Positions 1 through 9,800 of a DNA stretch of 55,077 nucleotides are shown here, in pieces. The stretch's first letter is position 1. The number at the start of each line of letters is the position of its first letter. Source of the DNA: Candidatus Thalassarchaeum sp. (GTDB taxonomy: Archaea > Thermoplasmatota > Poseidoniia > Poseidoniales > Thalassarchaeaceae); contig JASMMD010000004.1 of assembly GCA_030748335.1 (NCBI GenBank), forward strand, positions 1 through 55,077, written 5' to 3'. The notes below the pieces were generated by a model. The model did no database searches, was not told the origin of the DNA, and was given only the letters and a program-made list of their open reading frames with translations. A program made the position numbers and the translations under genes.

Positions 1-2
1 CC

Positions 3-989
3 GGCGCCCTCCCGACGCCAATCAAGTGGTTCTCAATCCCACAATGCTGGAGGTACGAGCGTACGCAACGCGGACGCGGGCGCGAACACTACCAGTGGAA
101 TGTCGACATCTGGGGCAGCGACGCGCTCGAGGCCGACGTGGAACTTCTCTCCGTCCTAGTGAATTTCTTCGAAGGAGTGGGGCTGACAGCAGACGACTTG
201 GTAATCAAGATCAGCAGCCGCAAGGTGCTAGAGGAGGTGCTCGGTTCACTGGGCATCTCCGGTGACGCCTTCGCCGCCACTTGCATAATTGTCGACAAGA
301 TGGACAAGCTGTCCGACGAGGTGGTGGCAGCGCAACTGGCCGAGCAGGGACTCGGTGCGGATGCAGTTGCCACTATCCAGTCGACTCTAGGGGTTGACGA
401 CCTAGATTCCCTAGCAACCTCTCTCGGTGGCGACAGCGCAGCCGTCTTGGAGCTCGCAGCGCTGTTCGATCTCATCGATGCCTACGGCATCGCAGACTGG
501 GTGGCCTTCGACGCCTCGGTGGTCCGCGGCCTCGCCTACTACACCGGCCCTGTTTTCGAGGCTCACGACCGCACAGGACAGCTCCGTGCCATCTGCGGTG
601 GCGGGCGCTACGATAGACTCCTCTCAAGTCTTGGAGGTAACGACATGCCTGCCACCGGCTTCGGATTCGGGGACATGGTAATCATGGAGCTGCTGATGGA
701 CAAGGGGCTGGTCCCAGAGCTGGCTTCGGGCAACGAGGACATCGTGATTGCAATCAATGAGGACCTACGAGGGGCAGCGATGTCCGTGGCGACTAAGCTC
801 AGGGCGAGCGGGCGAACAGTCGACTTGGTTCTCGAGGACAAGCGCATGAAGTGGGCATTCCGTCATGCCGAGCGCACTGGTGCTCAGAGGCTCGTGATGG
901 TGATGCCCGATGAGTGGGCAGAGGGGAACGTGCGAATCAAGGAACTCGAGAGCGGTGAGGAGTCCGACATCGCCGTGGGCGACTTGTAA
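3..989 (+). CDS. hisS: Histidyl-tRNA synthetase, C-terminal part (5' end outside window)
   Basis: Frame 3 is open from the window edge. Translation includes WRYERTQRGRGREHYQWNVDIWG (class II motif 2 region) and AICGGGRYDRLL (HisRS signature GGGRYD), followed by an anticodon-binding-type C-terminal domain. TAA stop at 987-989. Confidence 0.85.
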   Translation, partial: GALPTPIKWFSIPQCWRYERTQRGRGREHYQWNVDIWGSDALEADVELLSVLVNFFEGVGLTADDLVIKISSRKVLEEVLGSLGISGDAFAATCIIVDKMDKLSDEVVAAQLAEQGLGADAVATIQSTLGVDDLDSLATSLGGDSAAVLELAALFDLIDAYGIADWVAFDASVVRGLAYYTGPVFEAHDRTGQLRAICGGGRYDRLLSSLGGNDMPATGFGFGDMVIMELLMDKGLVPELASGNEDIVIAINEDLRGAAMSVATKLRASGRTVDLVLEDKRMKWAFRHAERTGAQRLVMVMPDEWAEGNVRIKELESGEESDIAVGDL

Positions 990-1074
990 TCACTCCTCTT
1001 CGAGAATCTCATCGATGGTCTCACCGGTTCCGAACATCGAGGCTACGATGGCCGAGACCCAGTCGAACACGAGA

Positions 1075-1896
1075 TCACTCTTCACGAGAGAATCTGCTGG
1101 CACCGACTGCAGCTAGCGCCAATGCGCCGATGCCTGCAAAGAGCCCGAATCCTGGAAGTGCGTCTGAGACAGCTCCACCGATTCCATCACCACCATCACC
1201 ACCTTCTCCTGGGATGGTCTGGTTGATGACAGGGAAGTTAGCCTCTACACTGTAGTTCTCTTCGTTATTTGAGTAGTAGAACCAGAACTCACCTGTACAA
1301 TCGTCAATAATGCAAAAGATATCACTGCGCCCTGCCCATGAGTACTGTACTCGTAGTTGCGGCTCCTCAGCACTCCTATTCCATCGAGCCATTGTCTCGT
1401 TGGCGTTAATATCCCACCTCACCTCCTCATCTTCGTAGTCGTTGTTCACATTGGGGAATTCCTGTTTGGCTATCTCCATACTTCCTTTTGTCAGAGTAAG
1501 TGTCAGGGGGATACACTCATTTTGACTGTCATCGCACCCGTTCGCGGAGTAAATGCGAACCGTAATCTCGATTGTGATGGTTCCATTAGCGTCAAGATAC
1601 ATGTCTTGCTTGAAATTCTCCTGCATCTTGCAAGTGAAGTCAACCTCAACTTGCTCACCTTCAGCAAACGTCTGAGCACCGTACCCTTCGCTGGCAGAAC
1701 CGGCAGAATCGTTACGATCGAAGTGAGTCCAGCAGTTGTTCAGTCCACTATCTCCCCAGAAGTGCATGTGAGGATTGTCCACAGAAGGCTGCTTGGGATC
1801 CTGAACCGCACCCTGCGCACTCGCGGGCGCGGCAATGGTTGACAGAACCATCAGTAGAACAAGCCCTGAGGCTTTTGCCACGCGGCCTGCTTGCAT
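1075..1896 (-). CDS. Secreted glycoprotein with PGF-CTERM (archaeosortase A-type) sorting signal
   Basis: N-terminal signal-like LVLLMVLSTIAAPASAQG. C-terminus is a Gly/Asp linker followed by LPGFGLFAGIGALALAAVGASRFSREE (PGF + TM + basic end). Six N-x-S/T sequons. Distinctly lower GC than neighbours. Confidence 0.7.
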   Translation of the reverse strand: MQAGRVAKASGLVLLMVLSTIAAPASAQGAVQDPKQPSVDNPHMHFWGDSGLNNCWTHFDRNDSAGSASEGYGAQTFAEGEQVEVDFTCKMQENFKQDMYLDANGTITIEITVRIYSANGCDDSQNECIPLTLTLTKGSMEIAKQEFPNVNNDYEDEEVRWDINANETMARWNRSAEEPQLRVQYSWAGRSDIFCIIDDCTGEFWFYYSNNEENYSVEANFPVINQTIPGEGGDGGDGIGGAVSDALPGFGLFAGIGALALAAVGASRFSREE

Positions 1897-1948
1897 AATT
1901 TGGCCCCTTATCGCCCCTGTTTGAGACTTACTCCGTTCTGGTTCAACC

Positions 1949-3064
1949 TCAATCGAAGCGATGGAATCCGCCTTCCGGGGTACTGCGAGCCTTCCTCGAG
2001 ATATTGAGAGCCTCTCCGAGCATATCTGCGCTCATCATCTCGCTTTCGAGCCGGCTGTTGGCCACTCCGGTGATAATTGACATCACCTTGATTGTGTCTC
2101 CGAAGGCGGGGTCCTGTCTCGCACCGAAGATTACGTTGGCGTCCGGTGAGAGTCTTGCCGTCATCAGATCACAGACCTGGTTGGCCTGCTCCAGCGTCAT
2201 GTATGGACCACCGGTCACGTGGATGAGAGCACCTGTCGCCCCGTCTATCTCAATGTCGAGCAGTGGGTGATTGAGCGACTCGTGGACGACCTCCTCTGGG
2301 CCTTGGTCGCTCTCGCCATAGAGCATCATCGTCACTCCCCCTCCCTTCATGATCGCACGTACGTCTGCGAAGTCGAGGTTAATCAGGCTCGGCAGGGTGA
2401 TGGTCTCGACCACTCCCTTCACTATCTCCGCGATGAGTTGGTCCATGATGCTGAAGGCCTCGTCGAGAGGCAGATTCGGGACGAAGTGGAGCAACCTGTT
2501 GTTGTCCAGGACCAGCACTGCGTCGGCCGCCTTCCTCAGTAGTTCGAGTCCCTCTAGCGCCCGCTGCATCCGCTGCCGGCGTTCGACTGAGAAAGGAGTC
2601 GTCACGACAGCGACGACGAGAGCACCCGAGCGCTTGGCCTCCTCAGCCACGATTGGAGCGATCCCTGTTCCTGTACCTCCACCCAGACCGGCGGTCACGA
2701 ACACTAGGTCGGCACCACCAACAATCTTCGTGATGACGTCTCTGCCGGCCTCGGCGCAACGCCGTCCGGTTACCGGATCTCCTCCGGCACCTAGTCCACG
2801 GGTGATGTGCCTGCCGACCAGCAATTTCTGCATCGCCCTAGTGTGGTCGAGATGCTGCTTGTCGGTGTTGATTGCGACAGTGACCGCTCCCTCGACGCCG
2901 ATGTGAGTGATTCGATTCATCGTGTTGTTGCCAGAGCCTCCGCACCCACAGACTAGGATTCGAGGGTCAGGAGGTCCGTACGATTCGAGTTCTCGGTCGG
3001 TGAGCGCAGTCGGAATTCTACCGTCGGGTATCTGGTCAATCGCTGATGCCGGCGCCTCAACCAT
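1949..3064 (-). CDS. ftsZ: Cell division GTPase FtsZ
   Basis: Tubulin/FtsZ signature GLGGGTGTGIAPIV, plus ILVCGCGGSGNNTMNR and NTDKQHL. 371 aa. Confidence 0.9.
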   Translation of the reverse strand: MVEAPASAIDQIPDGRIPTALTDRELESYGPPDPRILVCGCGGSGNNTMNRITHIGVEGAVTVAINTDKQHLDHTRAMQKLLVGRHITRGLGAGGDPVTGRRCAEAGRDVITKIVGGADLVFVTAGLGGGTGTGIAPIVAEEAKRSGALVVAVVTTPFSVERRQRMQRALEGLELLRKAADAVLVLDNNRLLHFVPNLPLDEAFSIMDQLIAEIVKGVVETITLPSLINLDFADVRAIMKGGGVTMMLYGESDQGPEEVVHESLNHPLLDIEIDGATGALIHVTGGPYMTLEQANQVCDLMTARLSPDANVIFGARQDPAFGDTIKVMSIITGVANSRLESEMMSADMLGEALNISRKARSTPEGGFHRFD

Positions 3065-3220
3065 TCATCGTACCCCAGTGCATCCCTGGCATCGCTGCCT
3101 ACCTCACGAAGTGCGCTTCCCGGCCTTCTTAACCGTTGAGGGGTATTGCAGGCCGACCGGGGCGATTATCGGAGGGTCTCCGGAAAGCGAGATAAGCGGG
3201 AGGTCGCTCGACCGGCATAA

Positions 3221-3324
3221 CCGCGCTTAGCTCAGTTGGCTAGAGCACCTGACTGTAGACTGGAAACACTTGGTTGTAGGCAGCCATCAGGGGGTCCCCG
3301 GTTCAAGTCCGGGAGCGCGGACCA
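3221..3324 (+). tRNA. tRNA-Tyr (anticodon GTA at 3255-3257) with a 27-nt intron (3259-3285) at the canonical 37/38 site; CCA is encoded
   Basis: Hand-folded cloverleaf. Acceptor CCGCGCT/AGCGCGG (C1:G72). D arm GCTC-AGTTGGCTA-GAGC. Anticodon stem CCTGA/TCAGG. Variable loop GGGTC. T arm CCCGG-TTCAAGT-CCGGG. Discriminator A + CCA. The intron is flanked by 3-nt bulges AGA (3257-3259) and CCA (3284-3286) separated by a 4-bp helix (3253-3256/3280-3283), which is a BHB motif. Confidence 0.85.
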
Positions 3325-3407
3325 ATAACTCTCTCAGACACTCTTTGAGCAATGTGGGCAGACTGATAAAGGGGGGTTTGGTCGGCAGGCCGCAACGGGG
3401 TCTGACA

Positions 3408-3995
3408 ATGGGTGTTCAACAGCATGTTAGGTCACTCTGGAAGACTCCCAAGGCATCGCTACCGCCTAGGTACCGACGCGACCGTATGGCGAGTTGGAGA
3501 CGAGAGCCTGTGTATCAGAGAATCGAGAAACCAACCCGCATAGATGCTGCTCGCAGGGTCGGCTACAAGGCCAAGCAAGGAGTAGTCGTTGTTAGGACCC
3601 GCGTTCGCCGAGGAGGACTGCGCAAGAGCAAGGTCCACATGAAGCGAAAGCCTTCCAAGGCAGGTATCAAGAAAATCACAATGGGCAAGTCGATTCAGCG
3701 CATGGCCGAAGAGAGGGTCAGCAGGCGCTACCCGAACCTCGAGGTGCTGAACTCGTACTGGGTCGGCGAGGACGGCAAGAACAAGTTCTACGAGGTCATC
3801 ATGCTTGACCCGTCACACCCTGTCATCAAGTCGGACAAGCAACTCGGTTGGGTGTCCAGCGGCAACAGCCACCGTGGGCGGGCGTTCCGCGGCAAGACCA
3901 GCGCGGGCAAGCGCGGTCGTGGACTGATGAACAAGGGCAAGGGCGCAGAGAAGCTCCGGCCCAGCCTGAAGGCCAACAAAAACCGCGGCAAGTAG
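3408..3995 (+). CDS. rpl15e: 50S ribosomal protein L15e
   Basis: MGVQQHVRSLWKTPK..., YRRDRMASWRREP and a highly basic sequence typical of L15e. The ATG at 3408 was chosen because the longer ORF (3270) overlaps the tRNA. Confidence 0.9.
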   Translation: MGVQQHVRSLWKTPKASLPPRYRRDRMASWRREPVYQRIEKPTRIDAARRVGYKAKQGVVVVRTRVRRGGLRKSKVHMKRKPSKAGIKKITMGKSIQRMAEERVSRRYPNLEVLNSYWVGEDGKNKFYEVIMLDPSHPVIKSDKQLGWVSSGNSHRGRAFRGKTSAGKRGRGLMNKGKGAEKLRPSLKANKNRGK

Positions 3996-4017
3996 GCCCA
4001 ATGCGGCCGTCATATTG

Positions 4018-4299
4018 ATGCCTGTTGATTCTCGGCGGCAGTCGATGACAGACCGGCAAGTGTCAGAGATCCGAGGCCTTCCTGTGATTATGCCAAGCGG
4101 AAGGCTGCTCGGCACGGTCCACGACACGGTCATCGACACCGACGGCTGGACCTGCACGCACATCTTCGTCGCCGACCCGCCAGCAGATCTGGTTGAGGGA
4201 CGCATTCACGTCGCCATACCTTGGAACTGGGTCAGATCGATAGGTGATGTAGTAGTCCTCAGATGGTTTCCGTCAACTCCGATTCCGCGCAACTCCTGA
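4018..4299 (+). CDS. PRC-barrel domain protein
   Basis: SEIRGLPVIMPSGRLLGTVHDTVIDTDGW...HVAIPWNWVRSIGDVVVL resembles the PRC-barrel pattern. Start is uncertain (ATG 4018 or ATG 4045). Confidence 0.55.
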   Translation: MPVDSRRQSMTDRQVSEIRGLPVIMPSGRLLGTVHDTVIDTDGWTCTHIFVADPPADLVEGRIHVAIPWNWVRSIGDVVVLRWFPSTPIPRNS

Positions 4300-4393
4300 C
4301 TGGTGCCGAGTGGGTAGAACCAACCCTCAATGCTTGAGCATTGGATGAACGTGACTGCGATACGATTCAAAAGCAGAGGGCAAACCGTTCTGC

Positions 4394-6778
4394 GTGCGCC
4401 GAGCGTCCGCCACCCTGCTAATCGCCTTGCTTCTGCTCAGTTCGGCCCCTGTCGCCCAAGCTGACTCGAAGGGTGTAATCTCGTGCACCAACGCCGACCA
4501 GTCGATGATGCCGGCGAGCTGGGATGCCGCTGACCAGTCGTGCGTGAGGGTGGATCTGGGTGAACTGGAGCCAGGCGAAATTCTATCCTTCGACCTCACC
4601 ACGAATTCCAACATCGACATCCTCATGTTCTCGGTCAACTCGATTTCCGTATATCAGAACGAGCAGGTCTACCGAAGCGATTCGATTTGGGAGAGGAATT
4701 CAGTCTTCGAGGACTTCAACGGGACCGGGTCCTGGCACTGGACCGTCCCCGATGACAGGGAAACGACTCGATGGTACCTCGTCCTAGACAACTTGGCTCA
4801 TCCGCAGGATGGAGGAGGTGGGGCTCAGGGCGGCTCGATGGCATCGATATCCCTCAACTCGGCGACAGTCACCCCTGGGCCTTTCACGCTCGCTGACACC
4901 ATCGTTCGACTTGACTCCGGCGAGCACTCGGTCCTGCATGGGCCGTTCGTAGTCGACGCCGGCACTCAGGTTAGGATGGAGGCCAACACCATGGAGGGGG
5001 CTCCAGACGTCTTCCTGATGACTTCGTCACAGGTCTCTCTGTACGAGCAGGGCGGCACCGCCACCTCACGTGTTGAGGGCACCGACATGCTCCTCATCAC
5101 ACAGGAGCGCGACATGGTATGGCTGGCCACCGAGACTTACGAGGGCGAGGACCTCTACCTAGTGGTCGACAACAGGGCCGGTCCAGCCGGTGGAGGCGCG
5201 GGCACCGAAGACATCGCAGTCACCGTGACCCTCTCACTGACCCCTGTGCTGGAGCCGGTAATCAGCGGGGGCGTCTCACTTGAGATGATCAACGTCGGCG
5301 ACATCGTCACCCTCGACGCGACGCAGACCCCGAACAACTCAGGCCAGATTCCAGAGTCAGGCTTTCACTGGGACACCAATGGGGACGGCGTCGATGACAC
5401 CGCCGGGTCCTCGGTGAACGTGAGCTGGTCGGGTCCGACCAACGTCACCATCAGACTGACCGTGGTCGCTACCGACGGGCGCAGCGCCAGCGCTTACCAA
5501 CCAATCGAAATCGCCGACATATCGGAGCCCGAAGTGAGCATCGGAGTATCTTCAGTTCTTGAGCGCTCGTTCGGGGACGACGTGGTGCTAAGCGCGGTGG
5601 TGAGCGACAACTGGGGAATCGCGACCATCGAGTGGTTAGTCGATGACGTCCTGATGCGCTCAAACGCGGGGACCGATGAGGGAGCGACCGTGTTCAGCCA
5701 CCTGTTCAACTCCAGCTATGCCGCCGGACCCCATACCATCACGCTGCGTGTCACGGACAACTCGGGGCTGGTGTCCGAAGATTCCGCGGCCATCAGCCTC
5801 TACGACTCCACTCCACCAGTAATCGGCACGCATCAGGAGGAGTTGACCCTCCAAGTGGGACAGACCTTCAGATTCGAGGCCAACGTCAGTGATGCCGAGT
5901 CGAACAACCTGCTGTTCTCATGGGATTTCCAAGGCGACATCGATTCGAACTCCGATGGAGATCCGAGGAACGACGGCGACGGATTTGGCGATTCGGTGCT
6001 TTGGGACTTCAAGACCTCCGGCCCCGTGACCGTGGTCTGCCAAATTGAAAACGACGCCGGTCTGGTTTCCGAGTTCGAAGTTCTTGTGAACGTGCTCAGT
6101 GGGACTGAAGGAGACGAATCCGACCTGATGCAGTTGGGTCTCATGGCTGCAGGGGCCCTAGTGCTGCTCGTCCTGCTTGTGATGTTGATTTGGCGTTTCA
6201 TGTCCAATCGCAGACTAGCAGCAATGATTGCGGAGGAGGACGAGGACGAGCCTGTCGTCGCACCGCCCTCGGCAGAGGAGCAGAAGGCCATGTGGGGAGG
6301 GGGCGAGCCCACCGTGCAGACCGAGAGCCCCTCCCAGCAGGTATTCGGTGACTTCTCCAGCGGCATGTCGGGCTCCACCCAGGGAATCACCGCCGCCATG
6401 GGCAAATCGGATGACGCTGACATCGACCCCGATATCGCCGAACTGCTGCAATCTTCCTCTGAGACAACCCTCTCTGGTTCTGAGGAAGTTAGCGATCTAC
6501 TATCGGAATTCGAGGGCGAGGATGACGCTGTCGACAAGGATGAGATCGATTTCTCGCATGATTCTCAGGCTGAGGAGGCAGCATCGAACTGGACCCCGGG
6601 CGACAGTGAGGCCGAGGTGTTCCGGCCCGAGCAGGAAGAACCCGAACCGGATAGGACGGTCCGCCAGAGTTGCTCCTCGTGCGACAAGAGATTCGAGGTC
6701 GAACTGCCCCCCGGCGTAGACGCTGCCAGAACGGCATGCCCGCACTGCGGCTCGATTGAGTCAGTCAGCCTAGGATGA
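4394..6778 (+). CDS. Large surface protein A: signal peptide, duplicated N-terminal module, PKD/Ig-like repeats, TM, acidic cytoplasmic tail with C-terminal zinc ribbon
   Basis: GTG start. Signal-like MRRASATLLIALLLLSSAPVAQA. Two related modules end in WYLVLDNLAHPQDGGGGAQGG and LYLVVDNRAGPAGGGAGTED. PKD-like repeats (FHWDTNGDGVDD, HTITLRVTDNSG, FSWDFQGDIDSNSDGD). TM LGLMAAGALVLLVLLVMLIW. Approximately 190-aa acidic tail ending CSSC-x18-CPHC. Confidence 0.75.
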   Translation: MRRASATLLIALLLLSSAPVAQADSKGVISCTNADQSMMPASWDAADQSCVRVDLGELEPGEILSFDLTTNSNIDILMFSVNSISVYQNEQVYRSDSIWERNSVFEDFNGTGSWHWTVPDDRETTRWYLVLDNLAHPQDGGGGAQGGSMASISLNSATVTPGPFTLADTIVRLDSGEHSVLHGPFVVDAGTQVRMEANTMEGAPDVFLMTSSQVSLYEQGGTATSRVEGTDMLLITQERDMVWLATETYEGEDLYLVVDNRAGPAGGGAGTEDIAVTVTLSLTPVLEPVISGGVSLEMINVGDIVTLDATQTPNNSGQIPESGFHWDTNGDGVDDTAGSSVNVSWSGPTNVTIRLTVVATDGRSASAYQPIEIADISEPEVSIGVSSVLERSFGDDVVLSAVVSDNWGIATIEWLVDDVLMRSNAGTDEGATVFSHLFNSSYAAGPHTITLRVTDNSGLVSEDSAAISLYDSTPPVIGTHQEELTLQVGQTFRFEANVSDAESNNLLFSWDFQGDIDSNSDGDPRNDGDGFGDSVLWDFKTSGPVTVVCQIENDAGLVSEFEVLVNVLSGTEGDESDLMQLGLMAAGALVLLVLLVMLIWRFMSNRRLAAMIAEEDEDEPVVAPPSAEEQKAMWGGGEPTVQTESPSQQVFGDFSSGMSGSTQGITAAMGKSDDADIDPDIAELLQSSSETTLSGSEEVSDLLSEFEGEDDAVDKDEIDFSHDSQAEEAASNWTPGDSEAEVFRPEQEEPEPDRTVRQSCSSCDKRFEVELPPGVDAARTACPHCGSIESVSLG

Positions 6779-6857
6779 TTCGGCCAGTGCGATTATTCGA
6801 TGCAAAGCCGGTTCCTGTAGGGCAATACCCTATAGCGCACCTCTAGGAGGTGCGAAC

Positions 6858-9800
6858 ATGGACAACAGCGGTGTCAGGCTAGTCCACAGGGCGCCGAGGA
6901 CGGGCAATTCGCACACCTTACTGATGGCTCTGCTGTTCCTCCTCCCTATCCTCTCGCCGTTCTCCGCGGTCAGCGCCGAGGCCAGAATTGAGTCCCAAGA
7001 CTTCGAGATACTCGACCAGCTGTCCGAGGTCCTTGGGGAACGACAGGAGATACTCGACAGTAACTCCGTGGCGCAACTGGCCCAGCCAGTCATCGAGGGA
7101 GTCCACAACTCGGTGATTCCGACAGGAGCCTCGGACCCCCTAGCAAACGTGGACGGGGCGATAGATGGGGCGAGCATGGTCACGACCACCCCGCCGCAGC
7201 CGCAGCACCCTGGCCCATACAACCTGCTGTTGGATCCCAGCAACAGCCCCCCGGGGCAGGTCGACAACATCTGGCAGACCCTAGTGAATCTGACCGACTA
7301 TGTGATTTGGACGGAGTACACCGACCTCGATGGGAACAAGATTGAGACCTTCGAGGTGGTGACCTTCTCAGCCAACCTGCTCTCCCTGTTCGACATCAAC
7401 TCCGAACCGCTCCTTCACGAAATCGATGTTGACAATGATGGGGACGACGACATTGAGGTAGGCCTGAAGATCGCTTGGGAGTTCCTCGGAGGATGGGGTG
7501 TGGAGGGAGGGACGCTGTGGATTGAGCCCGGCATCTCCTACTCCGTCAAGGTGCTTGAGTCGAGCCAGAACGACCTAGACTGGAATCAGATGGATTCCCT
7601 TCAGGTCTCACTGATTAAGGCGTTCGCATATTCGGGACAGGATTCCATACTCGCCCTCGGAGAGGGCGAGACCTACATCTGGGTAGTAGACTCGAGATTC
7701 ACTGCTCAACCCGAGGACTTCACTCTCAGAGTGGGGATTGAGAGATTCTACTTCGACATCTCGGGAGCCGGTGCGGACCTAGTGTTCACTCTCATTCAGG
7801 CCCTCACTCTGGGATTCATCAATCAAGGAGCGGACGAGTCCGGAATCACCTTCGCTTCGATCGCCGCGCCATATGCCATTGAATTCAGGAACCCTGGCGG
7901 GGGGGACTGTCCGGATAGGTACTCTCCAGACGAGATGCTCTTCGCCACCTACACCGAGTTGAACTGCGGATTATCTGCCGGCTTCGGCTACATGCACTTC
8001 TCACCGCCTGATGACAATGGGGACAGGGATCTCTGGGAACTGGCCTACATCGAGCTATCATTCCATCCCAACAAACAGGCCGTGGTCATCCCCGAAGAGG
8101 CCGATGTGGTAATCAGGACAGATAGCGTTCTGCCCGAGAACAACATCGTCGACGGCGAGAGGGGCCTAACCACAATCGAGTATTGGGCAGACGAGAGAAC
8201 CGACTTGCATATCCACTTCCACGAGAACAGGTCAGAACTCCCTCCTGAGGAGTCCAGCGATGGAGGTAGAGGTAACGTGACAGATTCCGTAGGGTGGCTG
8301 AGGGGGCTGCCGAAAGGGTCGTTGTCGGAAGGTGAGATAGAGCGTGTCTTTCGCATGCTCGGCTCCGATGGTTCGCAATCACAACTACCGGGCGAGCTCC
8401 CTCAGAGGCTCGGGTTCATCATCGGAATCAAGAACTTCTCCAGAGACGACAGCGAGAATGTGGACGATCCCACCCTGCCGGTCAATCCGGCGAATCCCCC
8501 GAAGACCCTGATTCTCCTACGATCAGTACAATCATTGGAGGAACTCGACTACGATTCGTGGTTCATCAGGGAGGGCGCTGTCGAGGACCACAGGAAGATA
8601 CACATCACAGCAAGGGACCTGCCTACGGCACTGGTCCTCTACGGCTCATTCGAACTCAGTGGAGGCTCAAGCGAGAGCGCACTCGACTCGGAGGACAGCC
8701 TCGACTTTGTTTCAAAGATAGTTGACAACGTCCTGATCAACATAGTCGACCTGTTCCTAGACATAGGAACCATCCTGAACGACGTTCCCTCGGCCGTGGT
8801 CGATGTCATCAGCGGAGGCGTCGATGGGACCAGCGGTCTCGAGGGCAGGACGGTCCACCTGCTTCTCACAGACAACTGGCTGGTAACCAGATCCGAAATG
8901 CCCCTAACCAGCCTATCGGTTCAGATAGGCTCGAGTGACCACCCGATTGGTACCGGCGACCACCTGATGCTGGCCAGAGACAGTGAGATGGAAATGGTCC
9001 AAGGCCGGAACGGACCAGTCGAGCCCCTGACGCCAGTGTCAGCCAGTCTTAGCTTCAGCGGACTCATTGCATTCTCCCTGATTGACGACGACGAGTTGGA
9101 TGAACAGACCGTGATACTCCGCACAGCATCCGACGAGAGCTTCTCATTCACATTCATCGACTATCACTCGGGAACGCTCGATGACGCCTCCTTCGAGTCC
9201 CTGAAACTCAGTGACATACCCAGCAACTTATCCATCCATGTCACTCCAAGTGGGATGGAGTACCTCGCCTCCTCGGCCATCGAGTCGGTGACCTACGCGG
9301 GCAAGGACGACACGCAGCGCCAAGCGGCCGTAATCACCGGAGTTCCTGACTCGTTCAGCACATCTTCGGGCAGCATGACAGGTTGGTCTTCGTCCACACC
9401 CATATCGTCCATCGAGGCGCAGATTAGCAACTCGACCAATCCCGTCAGTATGACAGGCGACCACTTCCTCTTCCATCACGATCAGGAGTCCCAGACCTCA
9501 ACCATCTCAACCAGACTCACTGGTCTGAGCGAGGTCAGCTGGACGGATCCCGCGGAGTTCGGGGCCACTGGTCCCGCCGGTAGGGGGACTGCTCAGATCT
9601 CGGTGTCAGGGGACCGTGCTCTGAACATCAACGTCGACCACGCACCGACGGTCGGAGGAACCCCACTCTCCGTATTGGCTTCAATCGATCCACTTCCCTC
9701 AACCGTCGGGGTACAGATTCCGACTGGAACCGACTCGGGGGCCAGTCTAGATGTGCCCGAACTAAACACCTCGAACGGACTCTCCGGGGTCGCATTCTTC

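Noticed and set aside
990-1074. Minus-strand reading ...VFDWVSAIVASMFGTGETIDEILEEE-stop in the hisS / PGF-CTERM gene spacer, plus a near-repeat of TCACTC..GAGAATCT (about 991-1010 and 1076-1096). Possibly a relic C-terminal exon.
   Set aside because: It has no start codon, is in a different frame from the upstream gene, and is only about 28 codons long. The PGF-CTERM signal upstream is already complete. Too weak to call a pseudogene.
3186-3200. TATA-like GATAAG/GATAAAG elements upstream of tRNA-Tyr (about 3189-3196) and rpl15e (about 3363-3370), and other candidate promoters such as 19155-19175 upstream of nuoA.
   Set aside because: The sequences are only weakly AT-rich in a GC-rich background. 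I cannot distinguish them from chance without TSS data or a genome-specific promoter model, so they are not reported as features.
3270-3407. N-terminal 46-aa extension of the rpl15e ORF in the track.
   Set aside because: It overlaps the 3' half of the tRNA-Tyr gene. The L15e homology begins at the ATG at 3408.
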